A stretch of DNA of 64,000 bases, from positions 7,144 to 71,143 of the forward strand of contig JALSQW010000056.1 in NCBI GenBank assembly GCA_026985095.1. Reading direction: 5' to 3'. Under the pieces are notes generated by a model, which was not told the DNA's origin, ran no database searches, and saw only the letters and a list, made by a program, of their open reading frames with translations. Positions 40,132-49,797 of the stretch are shown here, piece by piece. A program made the translations under genes and the position numbers. The number at the start of each line of letters is the position of its first letter. Within the stretch, counting starts at the first letter, position 1. Source of the DNA: Acidimicrobiia bacterium (GTDB taxonomy: Bacteria > Actinomycetota > Acidimicrobiia > Spongiisociales > UBA5794).

Positions 40132-41223
40132 GTGTCCGTCACCACCGTCCGAGACCTCGTTGCCGCCGTCGACCGGATCGCACCTCTCGCGAAGGCCGCC
40201 GAATGGGACCGCGTCGGACTCCAGATCGGAGATCCCGACGCCGTCGCCGGACCCGTCGCCGTCGTTCACGAGGTCACCGACGCCGTCGTCTCCGCGGCCG
40301 TCGCACGCGGCATCGGCACGCTCGTCGCCTACCACCCGCTGCTGTTCACCCCCCAACGGCGGTTCGTCGCCGGATCCGGCCCCGGGGGACGGTCCTACGC
40401 CTTGGCTCGGGCAGGCATCGCCGTCGTCGTCGTCCACACCGCGTTCGACGTCGCCGAAGGAGGGACCGCCAACGCCCTCGCCGACGCCCTGGGCCTCGAA
40501 GCGATCAGACCGTTCGGTCCCGCATGGCCACCCGAACAGGTCAAGGTCGTCACCTACGTGCCGTCGGCCTCCGTCGACCTCGTCGTGACCGCGATGGCGA
40601 ACGCCGGAGCCGGTGTCATCGGACGGTACACCGGATGTTCCTTCCAGACCCCAGGGATCGGGACGTTCCGGCCCGGACCGGGCGCGGCCCCCACCGTCGG
40701 CACCGTCGGCGAGCAGGCCGCCGTCGACGAGACCAGGATCGAGATGGTCGCCCCCGCCTCCGCCGCCGACGACGTCGTCACCGCCCTCGCCGCCGCCCAC
40801 CCCTACGAGGAGCCCGCCTTCGACGTGTTCCCGGTCGCCTCGGGGGCAGGCTTCGTCGGTCGCTGCGGTTCCCTGCCCACTCCCTGGAGCCTGTCGGACC
40901 TGTCCCGGTTCGCCGGATCGGTGCTCGCCACCCGATGCCGGATCGCCGGAGCACCGGACCGTTCCGTGAGGACCGTCGCCGTCGTGCCCGGCTCCGGCCG
41001 GTCGTTCCTTCCCGCCGCGTCCGCCGTCGCCGACGTCCTCGTCACCGGGGACGTCTCCCACCACGCCGCCCGCGAAGCCCTCGACCGGGGACTGGCCGTC
41101 ATCGACGCGGGCCACGTGCCCACCGAACGTCCCGGCCTCGCGAGCCTCTACGCTTCCGTGTCCGAGATCGTCGACGTCGTCGATCTCGGAGCGCCCGATC
41201 CGCACCCATGGGAGGAACCTTGA
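40132..41223 (+). CDS. Nif3-like dinuclear metal center protein
   Basis: NIF3 family with conserved His/Asp ligands and an inserted PII-like domain. Confidence 0.85.
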   Translation: MSVTTVRDLVAAVDRIAPLAKAAEWDRVGLQIGDPDAVAGPVAVVHEVTDAVVSAAVARGIGTLVAYHPLLFTPQRRFVAGSGPGGRSYALARAGIAVVVVHTAFDVAEGGTANALADALGLEAIRPFGPAWPPEQVKVVTYVPSASVDLVVTAMANAGAGVIGRYTGCSFQTPGIGTFRPGPGAAPTVGTVGEQAAVDETRIEMVAPASAADDVVTALAAAHPYEEPAFDVFPVASGAGFVGRCGSLPTPWSLSDLSRFAGSVLATRCRIAGAPDRSVRTVAVVPGSGRSFLPAASAVADVLVTGDVSHHAAREALDRGLAVIDAGHVPTERPGLASLYASVSEIVDVVDLGAPDPHPWEEP

Positions 41224-41933
41224 TGGAGGAGCTCGAGAGCCTCGCCGACCTGCTCGACCTGCAGGACGTGGACCTGCAGATCGATCGGCTCCTCGATCGA
41301 CGGGCCGGCCTCCCCGAGCTCGACGAGTACAAGGCCGCCCACGCCGACGTGGAGCGCCTCACCAAGGACGTCGAGACGGCCGCCGAACGGCTCAAAGCCC
41401 TCGAACTGGACCTCGACAAGACGACCGGTGAGCTCGAGCTCACCGAACAGAAGGCGGCCGCCGAAGAGAACCGGCTCTACGCCGGCGGCATGTCGGCCAG
41501 GGACGCCGACTATCTCCGTCGCGAGGTCGAGATGCTCCGGACGAAGGTCTCGACCATGGAGGAACGGGTCCTCGAGCTGATGGAGGAGAAGGAGGAAGCC
41601 GAACGGGCCATCGCCGCGCTCGAACAGGACCTCGCCGACGCGACCGCCCGCAAGCAGGAGCTCGAAGGGATCATCGGTGAGGCATGGCGGAAGATCGACG
41701 CCGAGATCGGCCTCAAGGAGGCGCGCAAGGCCGAGATCGTTCCGTCGATCGACCCCGACCTCCTCGAGCTGTACGAGGAGCTGCGGCGCAGCCGGAAAGG
41801 AGCCGTCGTCGGGGCGCTGGAGAACGGGATCTGCGGCGTGTGCCATCTCAAGCTCTCCGCAGCCGAGGTCTCCGAGGTCCTCCGGGAGTCGCCGCCTCGG
41901 TGCATCCACTGCCGCGGCATCCTCGTCCCCTGA
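41223..41933 (+). CDS. C4-type zinc ribbon domain protein (COG1579, conserved Nif3 partner)
   Basis: Long coiled coil followed by a C-terminal CGVCHLKL...CIHCRG motif. 1-nt overlap with the Nif3 gene. Confidence 0.8.
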   Translation: MEELESLADLLDLQDVDLQIDRLLDRRAGLPELDEYKAAHADVERLTKDVETAAERLKALELDLDKTTGELELTEQKAAAEENRLYAGGMSARDADYLRREVEMLRTKVSTMEERVLELMEEKEEAERAIAALEQDLADATARKQELEGIIGEAWRKIDAEIGLKEARKAEIVPSIDPDLLELYEELRRSRKGAVVGALENGICGVCHLKLSAAEVSEVLRESPPRCIHCRGILVP

Positions 41934-41936
41934 GCC

Positions 41937-42467
41937 GTGTTCTTCTGGCACGCCGGGGCCACCATCGCGCTCATCCGGTACGCGTTCCGCGACGAACGGA
42001 TGGACCTCCGGTTCCTGGTCGTCGGCGCCGTCCTGCCCGATCTGCTCGACACCCCGGCCGGGTTGATCTTCTGGGATCGCTTCCACGCCGTCAGGCTCGC
42101 CGCCCACTCGCTCACGTTCGCGGCACTGATGATGATCGCCGTGATGGTCGCGACCCGCCGCGGTCGACCCCGCAAACGATGGATGCCGGTGGCCGTCGGC
42201 GTGCTGATGCACCTGTTCCTCGACGGCATGTGGAGGTTCCCGGCGACGTTGTGGTGGCCGTTCCTGGGCACCACCTTCGCGTCGAGCGGGTTCGCCACGG
42301 TGGGGGAGTACCTGCGGTGGCTCCTCACCGACTGGCGCACGTGGCTCGGAGAGGCCGTCGGGTTCGGGTACCTCGCCGTCCTCGCCCGACGGTCCCACCT
42401 CGGGGAGCCGGAGCGGCTACGCCGGTTCCTCCGAACGGGCGTCGTCGACGCCCCCATCGGCCGCTGA
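41937..42467 (+). CDS. membrane-bound metal-dependent hydrolase (YdjM/DUF457-like)
   Basis: GTG start. Multiple TM helices with conserved His/Asp (HLFLDGMW). Confidence 0.55.
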   Translation: MFFWHAGATIALIRYAFRDERMDLRFLVVGAVLPDLLDTPAGLIFWDRFHAVRLAAHSLTFAALMMIAVMVATRRGRPRKRWMPVAVGVLMHLFLDGMWRFPATLWWPFLGTTFASSGFATVGEYLRWLLTDWRTWLGEAVGFGYLAVLARRSHLGEPERLRRFLRTGVVDAPIGR

Positions 42468-42854
42468 ATGACGGCGGTCGTACACGTGCTTGGCGCGGAA
42501 GAACATCCGGAGGGCCAACACCAGCAGGAGGATGGAGAACAGCCGACGGAGGACGGCGGCGTCGAGCTGGCGAGCCAACGCGGCCCCCCCGAGCGCGCCG
42601 AGGATCCCGGCGACCGCCAGCGGCACCGCGATGCGCCACACGACCCGTTCGCCCTTGTGGTGAGCCACCGTCGAGACGACGGCCGTCGGGAGGATGACGG
42701 CGAGGGACGTCCCCTGAGCCACATGCTGATCGAAGGCGAACAGGACCACGAGCGCCGGGACGAACACGACGCCACCGCCGATCCCCAGGCTCGCTGCCAA
42801 GGCTCCGGTCAGGAACCCGAGCGCCACCAACGCCACGAAGGTGCTCAGAGCCAC
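42417..42854 (-). CDS. TSUP/TauE-SafE family permease, C-terminal 4-TM half
   Basis: Motifs GALAASLGIGGGVVFVPALVVLF and ...GALGGAALARQL. A GTG start overlaps the upstream half's stop by 10 nt. Confidence 0.55.
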   Translation of the reverse strand: MALSTFVALVALGFLTGALAASLGIGGGVVFVPALVVLFAFDQHVAQGTSLAVILPTAVVSTVAHHKGERVVWRIAVPLAVAGILGALGGAALARQLDAAVLRRLFSILLLVLALRMFFRAKHVYDRRHSAADGGVDDARSEEPA

Positions 42855-43198
42855 AGGCGGACCCCCGCGATCAGCAACACGAGCGCGAACCCACCGGCGA
42901 GGACATGCTCGGGGATCCTCTCGATGAGGCGGCCACCGATCCACGCCCCGGCGCCCGAACCCACGAACAGGGCGAAGGCCGCGAACCAATCCACCTTGCC
43001 GTCGGCGGCGAACAACACGAGGGCCGCGGCGGACGACGCCACGATCGTCGCGACCGCCGTACCGGACGCCTCGTACTGGGTGAGACGCAGCCACAGCACC
43101 AGGCCGGGGACGATGATGACCCCTCCGCCGATCCCGAACAGCCCGGCCAGGAACCCGGCGACGGCGCCCAGGGCCGCTCCTTCGACGTACGCGCGCAT
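42845..43198 (-). CDS. TSUP/TauE-SafE family permease, N-terminal 4-TM half
   Basis: Motifs GFLAGLFGIGGGVIIVPGLVLWL and ...GAWIGGRL. The stop is immediately followed, in another frame, by the second half. Confidence 0.55.
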   Translation of the reverse strand: MRAYVEGAALGAVAGFLAGLFGIGGGVIIVPGLVLWLRLTQYEASGTAVATIVASSAAALVLFAADGKVDWFAAFALFVGSGAGAWIGGRLIERIPEHVLAGGFALVLLIAGVRLWL

Positions 43199-43269
43199 CA
43201 GCGGAACATATACGACCACGGGAGCGAACGCACATCGGGTTCGGGTCACCCCTCACTAACCTCCCAGCC

Positions 43270-43944
43270 ATGTCCCGACGCCTCCGCCCCGTCCTGGTCG
43301 CCGTTGCGTTGCTCGCTGCGGCCTGCGGCGGCGACACGACGCCGACGACCACCGGGATCCAGATCCCGACCCAGGCGGTCGCCGATTGGCTTGACGCCGT
43401 CGAGGCCCTCGACATGCCCACGCTGTCGAGCGTCGTCGTCGACGGGTCGTTGGCGGTGGTCATGGGCATCGAGAACGACCTGCCGCCCGAGCAGATCGCG
43501 GCGCTCCTCGACGGCGGCGTCCCCGCCGACGTGGAAGAGGCCTACTGGCGATCCTTCCGTGAGGAATTCGCTGCCTTCGCCGGGCGACCGATCTCCACCC
43601 TCGCCGTCGGTGACGCCGAGGAGTTCGAAGCCGAGGGCGTGAGCTACGCCGCGGTGGAGGTCGTCGGGACCGGTGGAGCGTCGTCGGTGGTGATCGTTCG
43701 CCGTGACCCGGCCTCGGGATGGGCCGTCGACCCGGTGGCCACCCTCGCCCCCGGGTTCATCGGGCCGCTCCGGCGGGAGTTCGAGAACCTCCCCGGGGGG
43801 GAGGCAGGTGAATCCGTCACCGCCGCCTATCGCGCCTTCGTCTCCCCATCGCTGTGGGCGGCGCTGGGCTCGGGCGCCTTCGACGACCGGTTCGCCAGAG
43901 AGGCGTTGTCGTTGATCGAGGAGATCGACGCCTCAGGGGCATAG
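43270..43944 (+). CDS. lipoprotein, unknown function
   Basis: Signal peptide plus lipobox LAAAC. 224 aa. Confidence 0.55.
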   Translation: MSRRLRPVLVAVALLAAACGGDTTPTTTGIQIPTQAVADWLDAVEALDMPTLSSVVVDGSLAVVMGIENDLPPEQIAALLDGGVPADVEEAYWRSFREEFAAFAGRPISTLAVGDAEEFEAEGVSYAAVEVVGTGGASSVVIVRRDPASGWAVDPVATLAPGFIGPLRREFENLPGGEAGESVTAAYRAFVSPSLWAALGSGAFDDRFAREALSLIEEIDASGA

Positions 43945-43962
43945 GACCCGCACGGCGACCCG

Positions 43963-44952
43963 TCAACCCACCGGTTCGAGGGCTCGGAGACGGGGCAACA
44001 CCTCGGACCCGAGCATCCGGATCGTCTCCTCCTGGTGCAGGGAGGTCGTCTGGATCGTCACCACGTCCGCTCCGACTTCGGTGATCAGCGGCCGGTAGAC
44101 CTCGACGTAGTCGTCGGCGTCCTCGACGATGCTGTAGCGCGCCAAGATCTCGTCCCGCGGCATCTGGTCGGCGCGTTCGCGTAGCTCCAACGGGTCGACG
44201 GCCTCGAGGCGCCCAGGCGCCCGCAGACCGCGCCATGCCAGCAACGCCTGCCACGCCTCGTCGGCGTCCGCGGCTCGTACGGACCAACGGGTCCCGACGA
44301 TCGTCGGCATCGGTCCTCCGTCGATCGCGACCCCCGCAGGATCGATCACCCGCTCCTTCGTGACCGCCGGATCCTTCACCGAGGTGATGATGCCCTGGGC
44401 CTTGGTGGCTGCCAGCGTGGCCGACTTCGGCCCCCCCGCCGCCATCCAGATCGGGACGGGGCCGATCGGCGGGCTGTAGAGCTTCGCCCGGTCCGTCCGG
44501 TAGTACTCCCCGTCGTAGGTCAGTTTCTCGCCGTCCAGGAGCCGGCGCATGATCTCCAGGGCCTCGCGCATACGGGCCGCTCGCTCTGCGTACTTCGGGA
44601 ACCGGTAGCCGAGCGGTCCTTCGTTCAGGTTCTCCCCGGTGCCGACCCCGAGGTTGAACCGTCCCCCGGAGAGGCGATCCAACGTGGCGGCCGCCTGGGC
44701 GACGACGCCGGGATGGAACCGGAACAGCGGAGTCGTCACCGCGGTGGTGAGCTCGACGCGTTCGGTGACCTGCGCCATCGCTCCGATCGTCGAATACGCG
44801 AACCCCGCTGCGGAGGCGTCGTCGACCCAAGGATGGAAATGCTCGGACACCAACACCATGTCGAAGCCCGCCTCTTCGGCCAGGGCGGCGTGACGAACCA
44901 GGACCTCCGGCTGGAACTGCTCGTGGCCACAGAAGTACGCGAATCTCGTCAC
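43963..44952 (-). CDS. LLM class F420-dependent oxidoreductase (luciferase-like monooxygenase family)
   Basis: TIM-barrel LLM motifs (GRFNLGVGTGENLNE ... PIWMAAGGPK). Confidence 0.85.
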   Translation of the reverse strand: MTRFAYFCGHEQFQPEVLVRHAALAEEAGFDMVLVSEHFHPWVDDASAAGFAYSTIGAMAQVTERVELTTAVTTPLFRFHPGVVAQAAATLDRLSGGRFNLGVGTGENLNEGPLGYRFPKYAERAARMREALEIMRRLLDGEKLTYDGEYYRTDRAKLYSPPIGPVPIWMAAGGPKSATLAATKAQGIITSVKDPAVTKERVIDPAGVAIDGGPMPTIVGTRWSVRAADADEAWQALLAWRGLRAPGRLEAVDPLELRERADQMPRDEILARYSIVEDADDYVEVYRPLITEVGADVVTIQTTSLHQEETIRMLGSEVLPRLRALEPVG

Positions 44953-45026
44953 GGGAGCTCTCCAAGGTCGGGGTCCGCAGGCTAGTGTCGGTGGGGAAGG
45001 GGAGAGAACGAGGCAGGGAGGACCCC

Positions 45027-45692
45027 ATGTCGGGCAACGTCCGGAAGCTGATCGCCGAGGTGCTCGGAACCTACGCCCTGGTGCTGTTCGGAGGTCTCGC
45101 GATCCTGGCCGCCGCCAAGAGCGGAGCGGCCACGCCGCTGCTGGTCATCGCCTTCGGGTTCGGGCTCGGACTGATGGTGGGACTGTACGCCTTCGGTGAG
45201 GTCTCCGGAGGCCATTTCAACCCCGCCGTCAGCCTCGCCATGGCACTCGACGGTCGCATGACGGCGACCGACATGGTCGCCTATTGGATCGCACAGATCG
45301 TCGGCGGCGTCCTCGCCGCCCTCACCATCCTCGTCGCATCCTCACAGGCGGCCGTGGCCGGAACCGCCACGGTGCTGGCCGAGGACGTGAGCGTCGGCAG
45401 CGGGTTCCTGCTCGAGGCGCTGTTCACGGCGCTGTTCGTCGCCGTCATCTTGAAGGCCACCACGAGCGACGCGTCCTCGCCGAGCGCGTTCTTGGCCATC
45501 TCCCTGACACTGCTGATCGTCCACGTCGTCCTCGTGCCGTTCACGGGAACGGGGGTGAACCCGGCGCGATCCCTCGGCCCCGGGATCGTCGGGAACGTGT
45601 GGACCGACCAATGGATCTACTGGATCGCGCCCCTGGTCGGCTCGGCGGTGGGGTGGGGCCTCTACCGGGCCGTCAGCGCCGAACGCGTCTGA
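45027..45692 (+). CDS. MIP family channel (aquaporin Z / glycerol facilitator)
   Basis: Two NPA boxes (GGHFNPAVS, GTGVNPARS). 6 TM helices. GGGAGGA ribosome-binding site. Confidence 0.85.
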   Translation: MSGNVRKLIAEVLGTYALVLFGGLAILAAAKSGAATPLLVIAFGFGLGLMVGLYAFGEVSGGHFNPAVSLAMALDGRMTATDMVAYWIAQIVGGVLAALTILVASSQAAVAGTATVLAEDVSVGSGFLLEALFTALFVAVILKATTSDASSPSAFLAISLTLLIVHVVLVPFTGTGVNPARSLGPGIVGNVWTDQWIYWIAPLVGSAVGWGLYRAVSAERV

Positions 45693-45787
45693 CCGACCGA
45701 GCCTCCAGGATCCACCGGGATCGCTCAAGGGCAGGCCGGAACCACCCGAAAACCTCCACGTGAGCCGCCGAACGGTGGAGAAGGACC

Positions 45788-46639
45788 ATGGCCACGCCAG
45801 ACGACCGATCGACCCCGAAGATCCTCCTCGTCGAAGACAACCCGTTGCATGCCCGCCTCGTCATGACGATGCTGAGCGAAGCCTGGCCGGGGTTCGACAC
45901 CTTGGCCCAGGCCAGACGCCTCGATTCCGCCCTCGAGCTCGCCGGCACGGCCTCGCCCGACTGCATCCTGCTCGATCTCGTCCTCCCCGACGCCGACGGG
46001 GTCGAAGCGGTGGAGGCCATGGTCGCCGCCGAGCCCGATGTCCCGATCGTGGTGCTGAGCTCCCACGACGACGACGCGACGGCGCTGCGTGCCCTCGCCG
46101 AAGGCGCCCAGGACTACCTCGTCAAGGGCATCGTGGACGCCGAGGGTCTGGCACGGGCCATCCGGTACGCGATCGGCCGGCATGCCACCCGATCCACGCC
46201 GGGCCGACGTCGGGTCGTTCCCTTCCCGACCCTTCCGGAACCGCCGGGCGCCGCCGACGGCCCGCCTCCCGCCGGTTCGGCCCTCATCGACCGGCGCGGC
46301 ACGATCCGCTACCTGGAAGAGGGCGTCGCCGAGATGCTCGGTCGTCCCCTTCACGAGATCGTCGGGTCCTCGATCGCCACCCTCACCCATCCCGACGACG
46401 TGCCGATCTGGGACGATGCCCTCGCAGGCACCACGGCGGTCATCGACGGCACACGGTCGATCATCGTCCGTGTCCGCCACGGCGCCGGCCACGATCAACG
46501 AGTGACCGTGCAGCTCGATGGCCTGCGGGGTGGGTCGGGGGAGATCGAGGCGTATCTCGCCACCTACCATCCCCACATGGAGGAAGGCACCGTCGCCTCG
46601 GGTGGCACCTACGTCGTCATGTCCGACTGGAGCGGGTGA
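45788..46639 (+). CDS. response regulator: CheY-like receiver + PAS domain (no DNA-binding output)
   Basis: Receiver Asp residues (LLVEDNP, DLVLPDADG). PAS-like C-terminus (TIRYLEEGVAEMLGRPLHEIVG). Confidence 0.75.
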   Translation: MATPDDRSTPKILLVEDNPLHARLVMTMLSEAWPGFDTLAQARRLDSALELAGTASPDCILLDLVLPDADGVEAVEAMVAAEPDVPIVVLSSHDDDATALRALAEGAQDYLVKGIVDAEGLARAIRYAIGRHATRSTPGRRRVVPFPTLPEPPGAADGPPPAGSALIDRRGTIRYLEEGVAEMLGRPLHEIVGSSIATLTHPDDVPIWDDALAGTTAVIDGTRSIIVRVRHGAGHDQRVTVQLDGLRGGSGEIEAYLATYHPHMEEGTVASGGTYVVMSDWSG

Positions 46640-47930
46640 ACGAGGAAGGTTCCCGGGCCGGGAAACCACCGACCAGGACGACCCCGCCGGCGACCAACGC
46701 CACCAGCTCCCAACGCACCTGACCGCCGGTGTCGACGATGCCGCGAACCACCAAGAACGCGATACCCACGATCGTCGCGGCGACCCCGATCGCCGTCAGC
46801 CACGGCGTCGGTGAGGTCACCACCGGCCGGACCCGATGCTCGAACCGGCCGAAGATCCACAACAGCGGCCACGTCGCGGCACCCAGGACGACCAGCCACA
46901 AGGGCCGTGTCCACCACCACGCCGCCGACAGCGGTTCGATCCCGAATCCGACGCCGAGGCCGTAGCCGGCCAGGACCACCAGGGCCAGCGCGGTGAGATG
47001 CCACAGGTACAACGTCATGATGACCGCCTGGATCGACACGACCACCGTCCACGGTCCCGTTCGCCTCAGGAACCGGTTGGCGACGGGTTCGACGGCTCGG
47101 ATCGCGAAGTACTGGACGGCCGTCAGCGCCAGCAGGGCCGCCGTCGGAGGCAGCGTGTTGTTCCTCGTCGCGCCCGGGATCCCGACCATCGAGATCGGAT
47201 ACACCCCGCCGACCGTCGACGCCACCAGGACCACCGCCGCGATCGCGGCGCCCACCCCGATCGCACGCGGCGACGGCCGGCGCTCCTCATCGGCCCACCG
47301 GTAACCGAGCTGATGGGCCGTGAACCACACGAACACGTAGTTGCTCCACCCGATCCAATCCTGCCCCGTCGCCGCCCTGGCAGCGTCGACGACGACGGCG
47401 GCCGTCGTCCCCGCCACGATCGACCACCAGCCGAGACGTTCCCACACCCGCAACGTGACCGGTACCGCCGCGATGACCAACAGATAGACCGCCAGGAACC
47501 ACAGCGGCGTCACGGCCGCCAGGCTGCCGCTGCGGACGAGCGCCGGGTCGATCCCGGCCGCTTGCGTCGCGAGGACCAACGCGAGCCAGGTGAGGAGGAA
47601 GGGCACCACCGGGGTCAGGAGCCGCCGGAACCGCACGACGATCCACGCCGCCGGTTGCACCCCTCGAGCCTCAGCCGACCGGAAGGACCGCAGGTTGGCG
47701 TAGCCGCCGGCGATGAAGAACACCGGGATCACCTGCACGATCCATGTCAGCCAGGTGGTCCAGGAGGCCAACTCGAGGATGTTGGTGAACCGAAGCGCGC
47801 CATCGTCGACCCACACCGCGGCTGCCAGCCAGTGGCCGAGGACCACCAGCGAGATCGACACCGCCCGGGCCAGATCGACGGTGCGGTTCCGGTCGTCGGG
47901 CGTGGCTTGGACGGCGCTTCGGATGTCCAT
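46617..47930 (-). CDS. acyltransferase 3 family membrane protein (OafA-like)
   Basis: GGGAGGAG ribosome-binding site. 10-11 TM helices. Acyl_transf_3 motifs (SISLVVLGHWL, FFIAGGY). Confidence 0.8.
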   Translation of the reverse strand: MDIRSAVQATPDDRNRTVDLARAVSISLVVLGHWLAAAVWVDDGALRFTNILELASWTTWLTWIVQVIPVFFIAGGYANLRSFRSAEARGVQPAAWIVVRFRRLLTPVVPFLLTWLALVLATQAAGIDPALVRSGSLAAVTPLWFLAVYLLVIAAVPVTLRVWERLGWWSIVAGTTAAVVVDAARAATGQDWIGWSNYVFVWFTAHQLGYRWADEERRPSPRAIGVGAAIAAVVLVASTVGGVYPISMVGIPGATRNNTLPPTAALLALTAVQYFAIRAVEPVANRFLRRTGPWTVVVSIQAVIMTLYLWHLTALALVVLAGYGLGVGFGIEPLSAAWWWTRPLWLVVLGAATWPLLWIFGRFEHRVRPVVTSPTPWLTAIGVAATIVGIAFLVVRGIVDTGGQVRWELVALVAGGVVLVGGFPAREPSSFTRSSRT

Positions 47931-48010
47931 GGTCTCCTCCCGCCCAGGAGGGTACCGGGGGCGCGTCCCCGGACGCGGAGCGACCCCCGTTCCCGGGGGT
48001 CGCTCCATGC

Positions 48011-48365
48011 GGCGAGTCCGTCGGTAAGCCGGATTCTGTCGTGGGCGATCATCTATCTGGGGCCGACGTTGCCGCCGACCTCGATGCGGCCTACCCGGGA
48101 CGTGACGGGCGGGCCACCCTGTCCCTGTTCGGCCTTGCTCCGGATGGGGTTTGCCGAGCCGTCCCGGTCGCCCGGGACGCTGGTGGTCTCTTACACCACC
48201 GTTTCACCCTTGCCTGTGCCCGTTGCCGGGCCATCGGCGGTCTGCTCTCTGTTGCACTTTCCGTCGGGTCACCCCGCCTGGGCGTTACCCAGCATCCTGC
48301 CCTGTGGAGTCCGGACTTTCCTCGACCGGGGTCGCCCGGCCGCGATCGCCTCGCGAACTCGCCTC
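48011..48365 (-). ncRNA. rnpB: RNase P RNA, bacterial type A
   Basis: The minus strand reads GAGGAAAGUCCGGACUCCACAGGGCAGGAUGCUGGGUAACGCCCAGG...AGUGCAACAGAGAGCA...GGGUGAAACGGUG...GUAAGAGACCAC...AAACCCCAUCCGGAGCAAG...ACAGAAUCCGGCUUA. These are the universally conserved P4, CR-II, CR-III and CR-V blocks. The ends are approximate. Confidence 0.85.
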
Positions 48366-48437
48366 TCGGGAACGTTACCGACCGGTGGCGGATTCCCTCG
48401 GCGTTCCCCCGGTCGGTGGGGAGAACCCGGCCGCGAC

Positions 48438-48824
48438 CTACAGCGAGTCGCGGACCCGCATCAGCTTGTCGCGAACCTGTGCGGCGATGTCGTGCACACC
48501 CGCAGCGTCGACCAGGCCGAGGACGGCGGCGGGATCCATGAACGACACGACGACGCCGTCACCGTCCTCACGGACGACCACGTTGCATGGCAGCAACGCG
48601 CCGATGTTCGGATCGGCTTCGATCGCCTGATGGGCCAGCGGCGGGTTGCAGGCGCCGAGGATCAGGTAGGGAGCCATGTCCACATCCAGCTTGGTCTTCA
48701 GCGTCGACTGGACGTCGATCTCGGTGAGCACGCCGAAACCCTCCGACGCCAGAGCGTCCCGTACGCGCTGGACGACGGCGGAGAACTGGCCGTCGGGTCG
48801 AGTCTCGAAGGTGTAGGTGGGCAT
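48438..48824 (-). CDS. DUF302 domain protein
   Basis: 128 aa. AAAGGA ribosome-binding site. It is the typical end gene of sulfide-oxidation operons. Confidence 0.7.
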   Translation of the reverse strand: MPTYTFETRPDGQFSAVVQRVRDALASEGFGVLTEIDVQSTLKTKLDVDMAPYLILGACNPPLAHQAIEADPNIGALLPCNVVVREDGDGVVVSFMDPAAVLGLVDAAGVHDIAAQVRDKLMRVRDSL

Positions 48825-48934
48825 CGTGGGTCCTTTCGGACGGGACGTTCGGTCCCCAGCGTATCGGACTCCACCGGCAACGCGACCCGGCTCTCGCAGG
48901 GAGGGTCGCGAGAGCCGGGTCGCGTCTCGGTGGG

Positions 48935-49459
48935 TCAGATGAACATCGTCTGGGCGCCTTCGATCAGCTCGATGAAGTCCGTCGCGGAGATGATGCCCTC
49001 GACCTCGTCGAACAGGTCGTCTTCGGTCAGCTTCATCATGTCGACCGACATCTTGCAGGCCCACAGATGGCCGCCCGCATCGGCGATGAGCTGCAGGAAC
49101 TCGGGCACGTCGGGCACGTCGAGCTCCTCCAGTTGCTTCCGCATCTGATGGGTCGCCATCGTGGTCACGCCCGGCAGCGGCGTGAGCGCCGCGGGCATGT
49201 GCGTCGCCGGGTTCGCCATGGGCGTGAACTTGAGATCGCCCATCGTCTTCTTGTTGATGATGTCCATGCCCCAGAAGGTGAAGAAGATATGGGTCTCGAT
49301 CCCCTCACCCAGGGCGGCGTTGGCCATCACGAGCGCCGGGTAGGCCATGTCCAGGGTGCCCTTGGAGGCGACGAAGGCGATCTTCCGGTCGCTCTCGTCC
49401 TCCCCGAAATCGGGCACCACGGCGGTGGCCTGCTCGGGGGCCTTCTCGGTGGTGGTCAT
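48935..49459 (-). CDS. DsrE/DsrF-like family protein (sulfur-carrier / peroxiredoxin-like fold)
   Basis: AAGGAGGA ribosome-binding site. IFFTFWGMDI motif with a conserved Cys in ...WACKMS. Confidence 0.65.
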   Translation of the reverse strand: MTTTEKAPEQATAVVPDFGEDESDRKIAFVASKGTLDMAYPALVMANAALGEGIETHIFFTFWGMDIINKKTMGDLKFTPMANPATHMPAALTPLPGVTTMATHQMRKQLEELDVPDVPEFLQLIADAGGHLWACKMSVDMMKLTEDDLFDEVEGIISATDFIELIEGAQTMFI

Positions 49460-49479
49460 GTTCGGTGTCCTCCTTGTTC

Positions 49480-49797
49480 CTACACGCAACCGTGGGGCTT
49501 CGGCAGGCCGGCGATGTACGCCATCTTCTTGGCGGGCTTCTTCGGGAAGAGCTTGAACAGCTCCTTGGTGGGGAAGCCACCGACGGTCGACACCCGCCGC
49601 AACGTCGGGGTCTCGCCCGTCTCGGAGAAATCCTCCCTGAGGAACTTGATGACCCGCCAGTGCTCCTCGGTGAGCTCATCGATCCCGATGTTCTTCGCGA
49701 GTTGCTTGGCGAGCTCCTCGTCCCACTCGTCGTAGTTGGTCATGAAGCCTTCGTCGTCGACGTGGACTTCCTTGCCTCCGATCGTGGTGACCGGCAT
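49480..49797 (-). CDS. TusE/DsrC/DsvC family sulfur relay protein
   Basis: AGGAGG ribosome-binding site. C-terminal ...GLPKPHGCV signature with a single penultimate Cys (TusE-like). Confidence 0.8.
   Translation of the reverse strand: MPVTTIGGKEVHVDDEGFMTNYDEWDEELAKQLAKNIGIDELTEEHWRVIKFLREDFSETGETPTLRRVSTVGGFPTKELFKLFPKKPAKKMAYIAGLPKPHGCV

Noticed and set aside
39109-41205. 698-aa minus-strand ORF
   Set aside because: It is antisense to znuC and the Nif3 gene.
46836-49148. 770-aa plus-strand ORF; 48041..48541 and 48151..48630 plus-strand ORFs
   Set aside because: They overlap the acyltransferase gene, the rnpB RNA gene and the DUF302/DsrE genes. The region is explained by rnpB plus minus-strand CDSs.
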